Of a stretch of 64,000 nt of DNA, positions 1 through 12,179 are shown in pieces (positions within the stretch are counted from its first letter, which is position 1; every line of letters begins with the position of its first letter). This DNA comes from Octopus vulgaris (taxonomy: Eukaryota). The stretch covers positions 65,162,001 through 65,226,000 of the forward strand of contig OX597817.1 in the NCBI GenBank assembly GCA_951406725.2. Direction: 5' to 3'. The translations under genes were made by a program, and so were the position numbers. Below the pieces are notes generated by a model, which searched no databases, was not told where the DNA came from, and saw only the letters and a program-made list of their open reading frames with translations.

Positions 1-269
1 AGATAGTAAATTGGGGATCCATGGTAGTACTTTAATAGTCTATGAAAAAAATTTGTTTTAGATGTATTCATCGCAAGAAACAGCCCAGTTCCTTTCTCTA
101 ACATTTTACATAGTTCAAACTACACAAGTGAATATGTGATGAACAGAATAGGTATTTTGAAAGAAGTATCTACAAAACTACTTTTTAAACATTGAGTGGC
201 TATGGGGGTTCACTAGAATAAAATAGTAATCCGAGCAATCCGTAGATTAAAAGTGGTTGAGAAGCACTG
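1..269. mobile_element. 3' part of a hAT-like MITE, same family as 59068-59656
   Basis: Ends in GGTTGAGAAGCACTG, the inverse of the CAGTGGTTCTCAACC terminus at 59068. Internal sequence (atagtaaattggggatcc...tttctctaacattttacatagttc) matches 59395-59640. Confidence 0.6.
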
Positions 270-734
270 TTGTAGCACAACTTCTGATACCCACCCCCTT
301 CATTTTGCTCCAACGCCGACCTCGCCACTGGCTGAACTACATATACCACGACAGATAGGAGGATCTCAAAAGACCTGTTCTACTGAATCTAGCTTCAAAC
401 AATATAGAATAACGATATCAGCAAGAGACACTTGAAGTCAGGGGACACGAAAATCGAAAGGTCAGAGGGCGTTACCAACTATCGTTCTTGTAGGAGGCTA
501 GAATTGGAATTTGGCAGGAGTTTAAAATGGAGAGAGAAGACGCTGAAGCTTACTACTGTAGACAAGTGCACTAGTAGAGTCATACAGGGCGCTGTCTTGC
601 AATGAAGTGCGAAGAAAGACTTTCCGGAAGCAGATCCATGATCTCCTGAGACTAAACGGGTACGAAGTACCTTAAAATATTCTGCACTCCACTGACTTAT
701 GCATCAATGGTTGTGTGCTAAGAAGCTTGCTTCC

Positions 735-2844
735 ACTGCGCATGTGCGAATAATTGTGGTGTTCGGCACCAAAGAGGTGAGACATGCTTTTGAAGCCGTC
801 TCGAATTGAAAAATTTTGAAGCTCCATTGTAAGGTAAGATTCTGTTTTTTTTGGGTCCAGTGGGAATTTTTGTTGAGAATTGTTTTTGTACAGGCAGGAA
901 GTCCTACTGGATTCAGAGTTCTGGTTCTGCCTACATGGGGCAAATAATTTTTCTCGCTGAATTGTGAGAATTTTTGTTTGGGGGCGTATTCGTCTTTGGT
1001 TTATGTTGAGTGAATATTTTTCTCACTTAATTATGAGAATTGTATTGTATTGTGCCTTTTGAAGAACTTTAATAATTGTGAGAACTGCTGTTTGGGGGAG
1101 TGTCTTTGCCTCCGAAGATTGAACAATTTGTATATCAATTTTTGTGGAAGTTGTGTTCCAGTTGTGGCGTTCCGGGTTCAACCTAGGCCGGGAGTACCGA
1201 ATGGCCGGAAGATTTTTTTTGCCGTGTTCCTGAACTATTGACTTTCTTCTAAACTTTATTTGACTTTCTCCTTTTTGTTTATTGTGACTTTCTTTTGATT
1301 TCTTTTTTCTTCTCGCTTTTTAAGTTTTATTTTGAATATATTTAAAAAAAAAAAGAAACATGGCAATGAAAAAAGACAAAGTTTTGGAGTGGGAGATTAT
1401 ATCACCCAAAAAGTGGTTGAAAGACCGCGAAGATAGGACAGTGGTGTTGAGAACCTACTCCAAGTCACTCGACACCATCGCCCTATTCGAAAAGACGGCA
1501 ATTGAAAAGGAGTTGGCAGAGTATTTGCCAACAATTAAATTCATTTCCAGGGGTGTCAGATATACAACGGTGTGGTTGCTATTTGATACCCCTGAAGAAG
1601 CTCGCAAATTTGCTAGTCAACCCTTGGAGGGTGAGGAAATTTTATTCTTTCCCACGTATTATGGGAGGAGGTTGACGAAAGCTTGGGTCTGCGGGTTGCC
1701 ACCCGGGATAAAACCCGAGTGGATAGAGGAGACTATCTGCCGGGGTCTGGGTGGCAGCGGGACCAAGCTTCTTAATGTGAAAGTTCTTCCTGCGGCTGAT
1801 TGGGTTGGGTCAAAAGCTGTTTTGACCCTTTGGACCCAATCAACCAATCTGGTTTTTCCAGATTTTTTGAAAATGGCCGGGTGCAGGTACCCGGTGATAC
1901 ATGAGAGTCACCCCCCAGGTGTCATCGGTGCCTAGAGTCCGGCCATATAAAGAAAAACTGTCACCGGGAACAAAATAAGGTCCCGGAGCAGTTGAGTGAG
2001 ACCCCTGTAGAAGAGGGAATGAAGGCGGCCGAGGAAGCGGAGGACTCCTCAAACAGGGGCCGAAAGAGGAAGAAGGTGAGCAACAATGGGTGCTCACCGA
2101 AGGATCCTAGGGATGAGGAGGGGAAGGCGAATCTTCCGACCACGGAGGAGACGCACCCTCCCTCAGTTGAAAAGAAAAAAAAGAGGAAGAAGAAGAGAAA
2201 CGGGACATTGCCGGCAGTCGGTGACATAGTACCGGAATGTCCCGGAACTACGCCGGTTGGGGCTGTGCCACCGGCAGGAGAAGAAACACTGTTGGCGGGA
2301 ACTGTGCCGCCAATGAAAGAATTGGATATCCCACCCCCGGAAGAAGACGAAGTATTGATCTTCTTCTATAGAGGCGGAGAGATTGAAAAGATGATGGAAA
2401 AGCACCATAAGGAAGCACCTTTAGCTTTCACAGAGGACCTCGAATGGCCTCCGCAGATAGCTGTGGAGGCCATAACGTTTGACGTGACGTTTGGTCTGAA
2501 GGAACTCAATGAGGAATATCACTTGTACTCGGGCAACGCTGACACGGAACTCGATTCGATTTTGAAAGAGGCGTGGAGGATGGTAGAGGATGCGGGCACA
2601 AGTTATTTTGAGGGTGAGTTATAAATTGTGGCACTGAGTGACACAAACATTTGATAATAGGCACTTCGCTTTCTTTCTGAACTCCCGGCTGTCAACGTGG
2701 TCTGCTCTGCAGGCGGCTAGATATTTGACTGGGGGTCCGAAAAGAGGAGGAAGGGAAAAGTGATAATGTATTTTTTATGTTTGATTGATTGACTTGTTGA
2801 TATTTATGTAAGTGTAAGGTCTCCATGGCTAACTTGATAAAATA
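735..2844 (+). mobile_element. Non-autonomous Tx1/L1-like non-LTR retroelement carrying ORF1 only
   Basis: Flanked by an exact 15-bp duplication AAGAAGCTTGCTTCC (720-734, 2845-2859). Ends in AATAA. Contains a gag-like ORF1 and no ORF2. Confidence 0.7.
1360..2624 (+). pseudogene. Gag-like ORF1 (probable RRM-like region, CCHC zinc knuckle, basic/acidic tail), ~420 aa with one frameshift at the C-run near 1911-1916
   Basis: ORF 1360-1935 joins the frame of ORF 1992-2624. That frame reads CHRCLESGHIKKNC (CX2CX4HX4C) from 1920 and stays open to 2624. Lys-rich KKKKRKKKR stretch. Layout typical of L1/Tx1 ORF1. Confidence 0.75.
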
Positions 2845-2860
2845 AAGAAGCTTGCTTCCC

Positions 2861-3352
2861 GGAGGGGGGAGCCCATGCTCTGGACAGGAGACGAGGAGTG
2901 GCCTTCGCAGGTGACTACGAAGATCATATCAGATGTCACTATGGTCAGGGTAATGAACACCTTCTCAAAGGACATGTTTAGATACGCCTTGAGGGGCCCC
3001 GACCTAGAGCTGGCGCATTGCCTAAGGGAAGTGTAAGCCAGGTCTGGGAAGAGGGGCTTTGTGTATTGTATTTATATATATTATATGTAATTATTGAACT
3101 ATGTTGTTGTTTGTAATGGACTGTTAAGTCCAAAAATTGAAAAATTGTAAAAGTTGTAAGAGGTTTAATATCTCGTTTTGTGTTTGGTTTTAAAGAACAA
3201 TGTTTTAGAGAAGCAGAAGTCAGCGAGCGCTTTTTGTCTTCTCCCATCCTTATCATCTTTCTTTCATTATCATTCATTTCATTAATGTCCTTGTCCAGCC
3301 CGCAAAGCTACTTTACTTTATGTACTGCTTTTATGGCAAATGTAATGAAATA
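2861..3352 (+). mobile_element. 5'-truncated 3' fragment of a second retroelement at the same SINE site
   Basis: Bounded by target copies 2845-2860 and 3353-3368 (13/15 match). Ends in AAATAAA. Confidence 0.55.
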
Positions 3353-3478
3353 AAGTAGGTTGCTTCCCAACAACATGGTTCCGGGTTCAGTTCTACTGTG
3401 TGGCACACTATAGTCTTGGGCTGACCAAAGCTTTGTGAATGGATTCAGAAGACGGAAACTGAAAGAGGCCCGTTATAC

Positions 3479-3554
<76 letters not shown>

Positions 3555-4411
3555 AATATATTTTTATAATAGTAAGGGAATATCAATTCCGGCGTCACAG
3601 GGATAGAGTGTGGGGAGTGATGATTGTGCGTTCGTGGGGTGTGGGCGAATAAAAATGAAAAAAAAGGATGGATTGTTCCCATAATGCATTTATTTCCTGT
3701 CCCACTGTCAGTAATATGCTAATAATGTAATTAGTTTAAATGAAACAGTATGTATGAGTATAAATACTTTCACAGAACCTTGCAATGTAAATTGTAACTT
3801 GCTCAATAATTGTAACTTGCTCATATCCAGGGGGAGATGGAAAATATATTTCTTTTACATTTTAACTTTTATATTTTAAATTAAATTTAGTATATTAATT
3901 CTAATTATATTAATTTATAAATTAATTCCTCCATATATATATTTTTCATTTCTTCATTTTTTAAATGTTTTTCTCTTTATATCTTTTTTCATATATTTTT
4001 TCAGATCTTTTCATATCTTCATTCAGTTTTATTATTCGCGTAACATTCACCCGAATTTTTGTCATTCGTATTAATTTCTATTCATTTATTAATCATCCTC
4101 TTCATTTGGAAATATATATCTTTTTACTTTTTATTCTTATAATTTTATATTTTCTTCTCATTAGTATATATTTTTTTCTGCATTCGTATATATTTTCTCA
4201 TTCGTATATATTTTTCATTTATATATATATTTTTAGGCGTAATTCACATTTAATTCTTAATTAATTATAGCTTAAACTGCAGGGTTCAATGAATTTATTT
4301 ACACATCTATATCTTTTGACATACTAGCAATATATTTATACATCTGTATAGTTTGATATACCTTTAAGTTGAAATATATAATGATAGATAAAATTATAAA
4401 CGGGAAATAGG

Positions 4412-4509
4412 TGGACCTGAAGATTGGGATTGTATATAAGGGGAGGTTCTGTAAGAGACTGCGTGTCTCAAGAACATAGTATACAACCTCATGAAACATG
4501 TGTAGTCGA
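4412..4509 (+). ncRNA. Type I hammerhead ribozyme motif with long stem II, in a Penelope-like 3' end (~3935-4620) abutting (TA)n
   Basis: gac CTGAAGA(4417) t tgggattgtata...tatacaacctca t GAAAC atgt GTA gtc. Stem I gac/gtc, stem II about 11 of 12 bp, near-palindromic stem III. Confidence 0.7.
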
Positions 4510-4660
4510 CAACTTTGAAGATGAATAGTAAGTATTAGATATAATATTCTATGACATGGTTGAATTTATATTCTGATTTGATGAATTTATGGGGATTTCT
4601 GCCTCTAATGAATCTTTTATATATATTATATATACATACGTATATATACATACATACTTA

Positions 4661-4722
<62 letters not shown>

Positions 4723-4724
<2 letters not shown>

Positions 4725-5415
4725 TATGTGGGCACAGGACGTCACGAAACGTGTACAGCGAAAAAATACGAAGTACGAGAACATGGAGTATGAACTATTT
4801 TTTCGAACAACGACAGACACAAATGGAAAACAAGACGAACAGCATAAAGAACGACCCTTCATCAGTTGTTGGCTTTTTTCTACTCTTGTATTTCGAGCAT
4901 TTAACAACAGCATACGCTTTCGATAAAACAGTTGCTCCCGCAAAGCAAATTAAATAAAATTTGGGATTCTGCGGAGGATCAAAATTGGTAACACGAACAG
5001 GAAGGGTTGCTAAGCCTAAACGAGGTTGTGGTGGCGAACGTGTAAATCAAGCTTGGACAGGAGACAGACAAGAACGCGTCTTTCTTGTTCCAGCTACAAC
5101 GGAGACAAAGAAAAAACACAACACAGAAGAAAGAAAGATGACCGATGGTCACGTGGGAGCCACGAGAGCAAGAGAGGAGGAGTGAGGAAGAGAGAGTGAC
5201 AGAGTAATAGGATAGAATAGTGGGAGAAGAGGAGGTAAAAGAATAAGAGAGAGAAAGAGAGAAAAACGAAAGAGTAAAAAGATTATGTAGAGTGCGCATC
5301 AGAATTATTAAGATTTTCATTTGTTTCTTTCGTTATTCGAAACAATAGTTCATAATTCATGTACTCGTACTTCGTAATTTTTAGTTGTACACGTTTCGTG
5401 ACGTCCTGTGCTCAC

Positions 5416-5467
<52 letters not shown>

Positions 5468-5575
5468 GTATAGATGTAAGTATGTACATATACGTATGTA
5501 TATATGCATATATATATATTATTTATATTATTATATAATTGAACGCCACGCATCCTCTTCCAAGTAAGTATTATC
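4723..5575 (-). mobile_element. Non-autonomous TA-flanked element with fold-back arms 4723-4830 / 5314-5420; related to 38843-39780
   Basis: Diverged inverted arms (cacaggacgtcacgaaacgtgtaca / tgtacacgtttcgtgacgtcctgtg). Shares the blocks gaatcccaaattttatttaa and gaacgccacgcatc with the 38.8-39.8 kb element. Confidence 0.7.
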
Positions 5576-5580
5576 TATCC

Positions 5581-5642
<62 letters not shown>

Positions 5643-5677
5643 GTGTGTGTGTGTGCATACGTGCGCGCGTATGTGTC

Positions 5678-5713
<36 letters not shown>

Positions 5714-6879
5714 TGTCTGTGTTTTGTCCCACACCACCGCTTGACAACCGGTGTCAGTGTGTTTACGTTCTTGTAACCTAGCAGTTCGACACAAGAGACC
5801 GATAGAATAAGTACCAGGCTTTACAAAAATAGCTAAATAATAATAATAAGTACTGGGATCGACAAGTTCGACTAAAATTCTTCAAGGCAGAGTCCAAGCA
5901 TAGCCGCAGTCTAATGACTGAAACAAGTAGAAGATAACAGATAAGAATACACTGCAGTATGATACGTTATAATCTTCTACGCTATATTTCAACATATTAA
6001 GCTTCTCTATACTAAAATATGTTACACTACTCCATACGCAGCGCTGCGTAACTTTCTAACTTTCTAACTTTATACTACGTTATGCTGTACACCATTTAAT
6101 TATACAGCATTGCACAACACAGTAATACATATCTACAAGAAAATGCAGATTACAGTGTATTATCATACACTATACTATATCGAACTACATAATATTACAT
6201 TATGTCACTGTGTTACATTATGGCACATATTTTATCGCTTAATCAAGGAGAATGAGCTGTACCCATGGTCTGGGACAGGTGGAACGGAAGGTAGAAAATT
6301 TCCTGAAACCAGAGGCTTTGGTCCGACTTCTTGCAACAGTGTGACTCAGTTAGAGGTAACTAAAGATCAGGTTGTCTTGTTAAACTGGGCAACGGGTTAA
6401 GTGTACTACTGTCAATCAAGTATGTTAAAGCAAGATTTGAACTCAGAATTTAAAGTGCCAGAACAAAATCCCTAAGACATCTCATCTGACGCTCCAACAA
6501 TTCTGCCAGTCTCTTTCTCAACACTAGTACTTTGTTTATCAACTCCAGAAAATGAATGGTAAGTTTCCGTCATTGGGATTTGAACTTCGAACGCAAGAAG
6601 CCGGAAATGATTTTACTGATTCGCCACATACATTTTATTTATACTATATTACACCATATTATACTAAACTACGCTACATTATACTCCACAACACGACATT
6701 ATGATGTATTACAGTATATTATAGAATACTACGCGACAGTAAACTATATTATGCTACATTAGGATAATCAAATCTACATTATGATACACAAATCTACATT
6801 ATGCTGCAGTCTACTACATTAAGCTATATTAGAATATACACCAGAATATATATTAGCGACAGCAGCATTATTAATACTG

Positions 6880-7229
6880 AGAAGTAATATTTATCCCCAC
6901 TTAAGCATGGATGTTCTATTAGAACAAACTTTACCGAGGTAGTTGCCACGAGAGAAATTCTCACATTGGCTTTTGGTGCAAACTAAACACTTGTTTATAT
7001 CGCTAGCGAGGAGACAAAATCCCCACTACTTCTAGCGCCGAGACAACGAATTCAGGTGATTTCAACCTTGTTTGGTCTTGTCTATGATGGATACTTGCCC
7101 CCCTAAAAACAGTAGCGATTCATGTTTTTGCACTAAAAAGCCAATGCGAGAGTTTCTCTCATGGCAACTACCGCAATAAAGTTTGTGCTAACAGAACACC
7201 CACGTTTAAGAGGGGATAAATATTACCTC
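6880..7229. mobile_element. Fold-back MITE with ~100-bp imperfect terminal inverted repeats
   Basis: gtaatatttatcccc...ttggcttttggtgcaaa versus tttgcactaaaaagccaa...ggggataaatattac. Confidence 0.75.
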
Positions 7230-7464
7230 TAGGATATACTTCCTTGCTTGATGCTGTGCTATTTCTGTTATCCTACTTTACTATACATTACGGTATACTT
7301 TGTTAAGTGGCATTATGCTACACTATACAACATTATGATACGCAACACTATGATACTCAATAATATACTCCTGTAAGTTGTCATACTGCACTTCATTACA
7401 TTATATTATATTGCATTATGCTACACCACATTACACTGCACTATACTGCAGTAACCTACTTTAA

Positions 7465-7780
7465 CACGTTAAACGCCACGGCTTGCTACTGGTACTTACC
7501 GGTGATGCCACGTATTTCGCGCAGTCAGTCTGCATACTGTTTGATTACTAGGAAATGTAATTTATTTTTGCATTTTCTTTTTACAATATTTCGTAAAGTA
7601 GACTTTAATATTTAGTGCTCATGCTATTTAAATATCCCCGAAACCATGTCAAAAATACAGAATAAGATATTTTCTCAAAGTATGAGAATAAAATATTTTC
7701 TCAAATACCACTGGCCGTACATATGGCGGTTCTGTGACGCTTGCAATGAGCCCCCAGAGGTACATGTGGTGGTTAACGTG
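7465..7780. mobile_element. piggyBac-like MITE
   Basis: TTAA duplication (7461-7464, 7781-7784). Termini CACGTTAA...CCAC and GTGG...TTAACGTG. Confidence 0.7.
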
Positions 7781-7885
7781 TTAAGGTACTCTATACTAAA
7801 ATTCGACAGACATTGTTAAGGTACTCTACACTAAAATTCGACAGATATTGTCAAGGTACTCTACACTAAAATTCGATAGACATTG
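7781..7885 (+). repeat. 35-bp tandem repeat, three copies
   Basis: ttaaggtactctatactaaaattcgacagacattg repeated three times. Confidence 0.9.
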
Positions 7886-8239
7886 TATTATGCTACAGTA
7901 AACGACATTACGAAACGCAATGTTATATTATGGTGCACTACATTATTCTACATCGCATACACTATAGTATATTGTGTTACATTACATTCTGTTGCACAAT
8001 ACTTCATTATGCTGCATTACTGCATTAACACAGCGTTGCATTATGCTACACTAAACTACATTATGCTACATGAAACTTCACTAAGATACGCTTTGCTGCG
8101 TTATGTTTTACGCTACATTATAATGCTCTAACTACAGTATGATGTCACTACACTACATTATAACGCATTCTTCTATATTATGACGCACTATGTATGCAAC
8201 ATTATATGCTTTTTCTAAAACTGCTTCCAAGAGCAGAAA

Positions 8240-8414
8240 CATCAACGACAACGGCAACATCATCATCATCATCATCATCACCACCACCACCACCACCACC
8301 AACCATATTTTCACCCTCATTTTCAAACTCCTCCTCCTCCTCTTCTTCATCATCATCACCAACCATATCTTCACCCTCATTTTCAACCATCACCAGCAGC
8401 AGCAGCAGCAGCAG

Positions 8415-8445
<31 letters not shown>

Positions 8446-9960
8446 ATCATCATCAACAGTAGCTACAACAACAGTAACTACAGCAATAGCAACGCATTAA
8501 CCCTCTAGTGTTGCTTCGGTCGTTTTCAAAAAACAAAAAGCAAAAAACAAAGAACAAAAAAAATTTATCTAAACAACAACAAAACAAAACAGGAAACAAA
8601 GGCAAGAATTTTTTTGTTTATCTTCATTCCCGAACACATACTTTAACCGGGTTTGAAACCTCACTCTCGTAGGAAATAAGTTTCCTATTACTAAAACTTT
8701 AAGGGTTCCTATTTCAGAAACAGAAAGAAAACAAGGCTACTCTCTCAGGCATCAGGTTAGCAGCGATAATAGCATATGTGGTAGTAATAGTTACGGTGGT
8801 GGTGGTGGTAGTAGTAGTAGTAGTCGTAGCGGTGGTAGAAATAGTTACGGTGGTGATGGCGGCGGTGGTGGTAATGATTCTAGTAGTGATGCTGGAAATG
8901 GTGGAAGCAATAGTTGCGGTAGAAGTAGTGGTATAATTGAAGTGGGAAAGGTGGTAGTAGTGGTAGGGCTAGTGGTTGTTGAGTAGTTGGCTGTGGTACT
9001 GGTAGTGCTACAAGTGGTGTAAGTGGTTCAGGGGTTTGTAGTGGTGGTTGGAGTGTTAGTGGTAGTAGTGGTTGCGGTAGTGACGGTGGTAGTTGTAGAT
9101 GTAGTGCTAGTATTTGCTGTAGTTTTGGTGGTAGTAGTTGTGATGCCGATGGCATTGGGTTGGTGGTGGTTACAAGGCGGCGAGCTGGCAGAAACGTTAG
9201 CACGTCGAGCGAAATGCGCAGCCGTATTTCGTCTGCCGTTATGTTCTGAGTTCAAATTCCGCCGAGGTCGACTTTGCCTTTCATCCTTTCGGGGTCGATA
9301 AATTAAGTACCAGTGGTAAAGAAATAGGTGGTTATAGGATTATAGTGGTATTGTCGATAATGAAGAATGACGACCACGACAATGGTTGTGAATATTGATA
9401 AATAAGGATAATGATTGTGATAGTGATGATGATGATGATGACTTTGATGATGATGGTGATGATGATGATGATGATGATGATTTTGATGACGATGAGGAGG
9501 AGGATAATTTTGATGATGATGATGATAATAATGAGACGATGATGATGATGACCTCGATGCTGATGATGCTGATGAGACGATGACAATGACGATGATGATG
9601 GTAATGATGATGATGATAATGACGGTGATGATGGATTATGACGATTATGATCGTAATGAGGATGATGATGAGGATATTGACGGTGATGATTATGATGGTG
9701 ATGATGATGACGACGATAGAAATAGTGATGACGATGACGATGATGATGATGGGGGTGGGGGTGATGATATGATGATGATAACAACGGTGGTTGTTGTGAT
9801 AGTGGTGGTGGTAATGGTGGCGCTGGCGGCGGTGGTGGTGGCGGTGGTGGTAATGCTGCTGCTGCTGATGACGACGACGACGATGATGATTATGATGATC
9901 ACGACGACGACGACGATAATGGCAATCACACCGACTATGATGACAAAGATGATGCAGTTA
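8240..9960. repeat. Compound trinucleotide microsatellites (CAT/CAC/CAG, GTA/GTG, GAT/GAC)
   Basis: Direct inspection. Confidence 0.9.
9176..9314 (+). mobile_element. tRNA-derived SINE family A; other copies at ~25262-25385, 38164-38375, 38398-38535, 48975-49295(-), 49415-49580, 52085-52180(-), 56375-56530
   Basis: Head ggcggcgagctggcagaa, B-box-like gagttcaaattcc, conserved core gtcgactttgcctttcatcctttcggggtcgataaattaagtacc. Confidence 0.85.
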
Positions 9961-10194
9961 ACGAAGATAGTAATTACGAATGCCAAGTTTATCAGATCGC
10001 TTCCCTATTCAGCTAAAAGGAAGTAACCTAAGCCGCAACCCAAACAAACTAATTACATAAACCAGAAACAAGCTTTATCCAATTTTCTTCTACTGACGTC
10101 TTTTGGTGAGTATTTCTGCGGTGACATTGCAATAAGAGATGGTTCGTTTAGAAAATGGTAACATCATTAGCATTTTAAAGGAATGTAATAGCTT

Positions 10195-10259
<65 letters not shown>

Positions 10260-10277
10260 TGGTAGAGTGTAAACGAA

Positions 10278-10336
<59 letters not shown>

Positions 10337-10568
10337 CACAGATAAATATTAATATATATGTATAAATGTATAGATACAAAGATGTTTAGACATAGAAGTG
10401 TAGAGATATATAGATATATAGATATATACATGTATAGATATACATATATATAACTCTCGCCCTCTCTCTTTCCCTCTTTCCCTCTTTCCCTCTTTCCCTC
10501 TTTCTTTATCTGTCCATTCATTCAACCATGTATGCATTAAACCATCCATCCATCCATCCACCCATCAT

Positions 10569-10640
<72 letters not shown>

Positions 10641-10667
10641 CTTCTCTTCTCTATCTGTAATTGCGTC

Positions 10668-10734
<67 letters not shown>

Positions 10735-11160
10735 GGATGCATAGATATATAGATATATAGATATATAACTATATAGATATATGGATGCATAGAGGTACAG
10801 ACATATGAATGTATAGATGTACACCTATATAGATAAATAGATATACGCAGAGACATAGATATATAGGTATACAGATGTATATAGCGCTCGTGACGTAGAT
10901 GTGAAAGCAATATATATATATATATTTGTATGCTTATACACATAAATATATGTACATATGTACACGCACCTTCACACACACACAACACACACACGTACAC
11001 ACATATAACACATTTATATATGTATGTAAATGTATGTACGTTTCTGTGTGCTTTGGGCGGGTGAGAGCGTGTTTGTGTGTGGGATATCCCATAAATACGA
11101 GAGATACATGTCTGTTCTCTGAAATGGCAGAAGCTGTGTGCTTAAAAATGTTAACCTGCC

Positions 11161-11224
<64 letters not shown>

Positions 11225-11895
11225 CGTGCAGCATAAGAAAATAGACATTGCTATTATGTAACATGTAATGTTGTGCTACAACAGAACATGATATAGTGTC
11301 AATAAGGGAGGAAAATTGTTCAGATTGCTTTGATGTAGACACTTAAATACCTACTTGCAAAGATACATATATTACGCATACAGACTCTCATGAATGTACT
11401 GGCACACACATACAGACAAGAATACAAGAAACATACAGAGACACATGTATGTGTGTGTGCGTGTGTGTGGGCATGCGTGCGTGTATCTGCGTATGAAAGA
11501 GATGTATATGTATGAACATGCACGCACATATATACATACATACATAGGAATTGATGCTTGCATATATGTGAATGCATATATATATATACCTGTGTATGTA
11601 TGAACGTATTCATAAGTATTCAATGAATTTTAAATTATCTTTTATCCCATGTGGATGGTATGTTAACGTGAGAATAGACGAATGAGATGACAAGTGAAGT
11701 TGTTAGCAGAATAATATATTTATTAAGAAATCCGAAATTGTAAAGCTTAGTCTATGTACTTATAAAGTTCTTAAAAGAACTTGATTTCTGAAGTAAGAAA
11801 TCTATTGGTGGGGCATGCATTGTGATAGCAGAGTCCTCTGTTGGAGAAATCATATACTATGTGTGTGTGTGTGTGTATAAGTATTTATACACAAG

Positions 11896-11964
<69 letters not shown>

Positions 11965-12136
11965 AATATTAGGGAATAAATCCAAATTTACAGGGAAAAA
12001 ATCAGATTTAGGATTAAATCCAATTTTATAGTAAAATATTATAAAATATTATTAGAGACAAAACCACTATTTTGCAAAACAAACAAGGAAAGACTTAATC
12101 AATACATAAAATTTTAATAAATAGTCAAAAAAACCG

Positions 12137-12179
12137 CCACTACAATTGTTTCTTGTCTTGATCGACAATCTTCAGGTGG
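12137..12179 (-). ncRNA. Minimal type I hammerhead ribozyme (sense copy of the element)
   Basis: Reverse complement: ccac CTGAAGA ttgtc gatcaa gacaa GAAAC aatt GTA gtgg. Confidence 0.85.

Larger units (their letters stand above)
706..3475 (+). mobile_element. tRNA-derived SINE (family B) split by two retroelement insertions; head 706-734, body 3353-3475
   Basis: Head atggttgtgtgctaagaagcttgcttcc continues at 3353 as aagtaggttgcttcccaacaacatggttccgggttcag. An uninterrupted copy is at 58416. Confidence 0.8.
5950..8200. repeat. Degenerate pentanucleotide (ACATT/ACACT-like) satellite interrupted by MITEs and SINE pieces
   Basis: Recurring acatt/acact/atgct 5-mers. Confidence 0.6.

Noticed and set aside
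7781-7885. CRISPR-like 35-bp repeats (also 20-bp repeats at 59004)
   Set aside because: Head-to-tail with no spacers, no cas genes, eukaryotic context.
9332-10026. Asp/His/Met-rich ORFs
   Set aside because: Translations of GAT/GAC/GTG microsatellites, open in several frames on both strands, with no splice or domain evidence.
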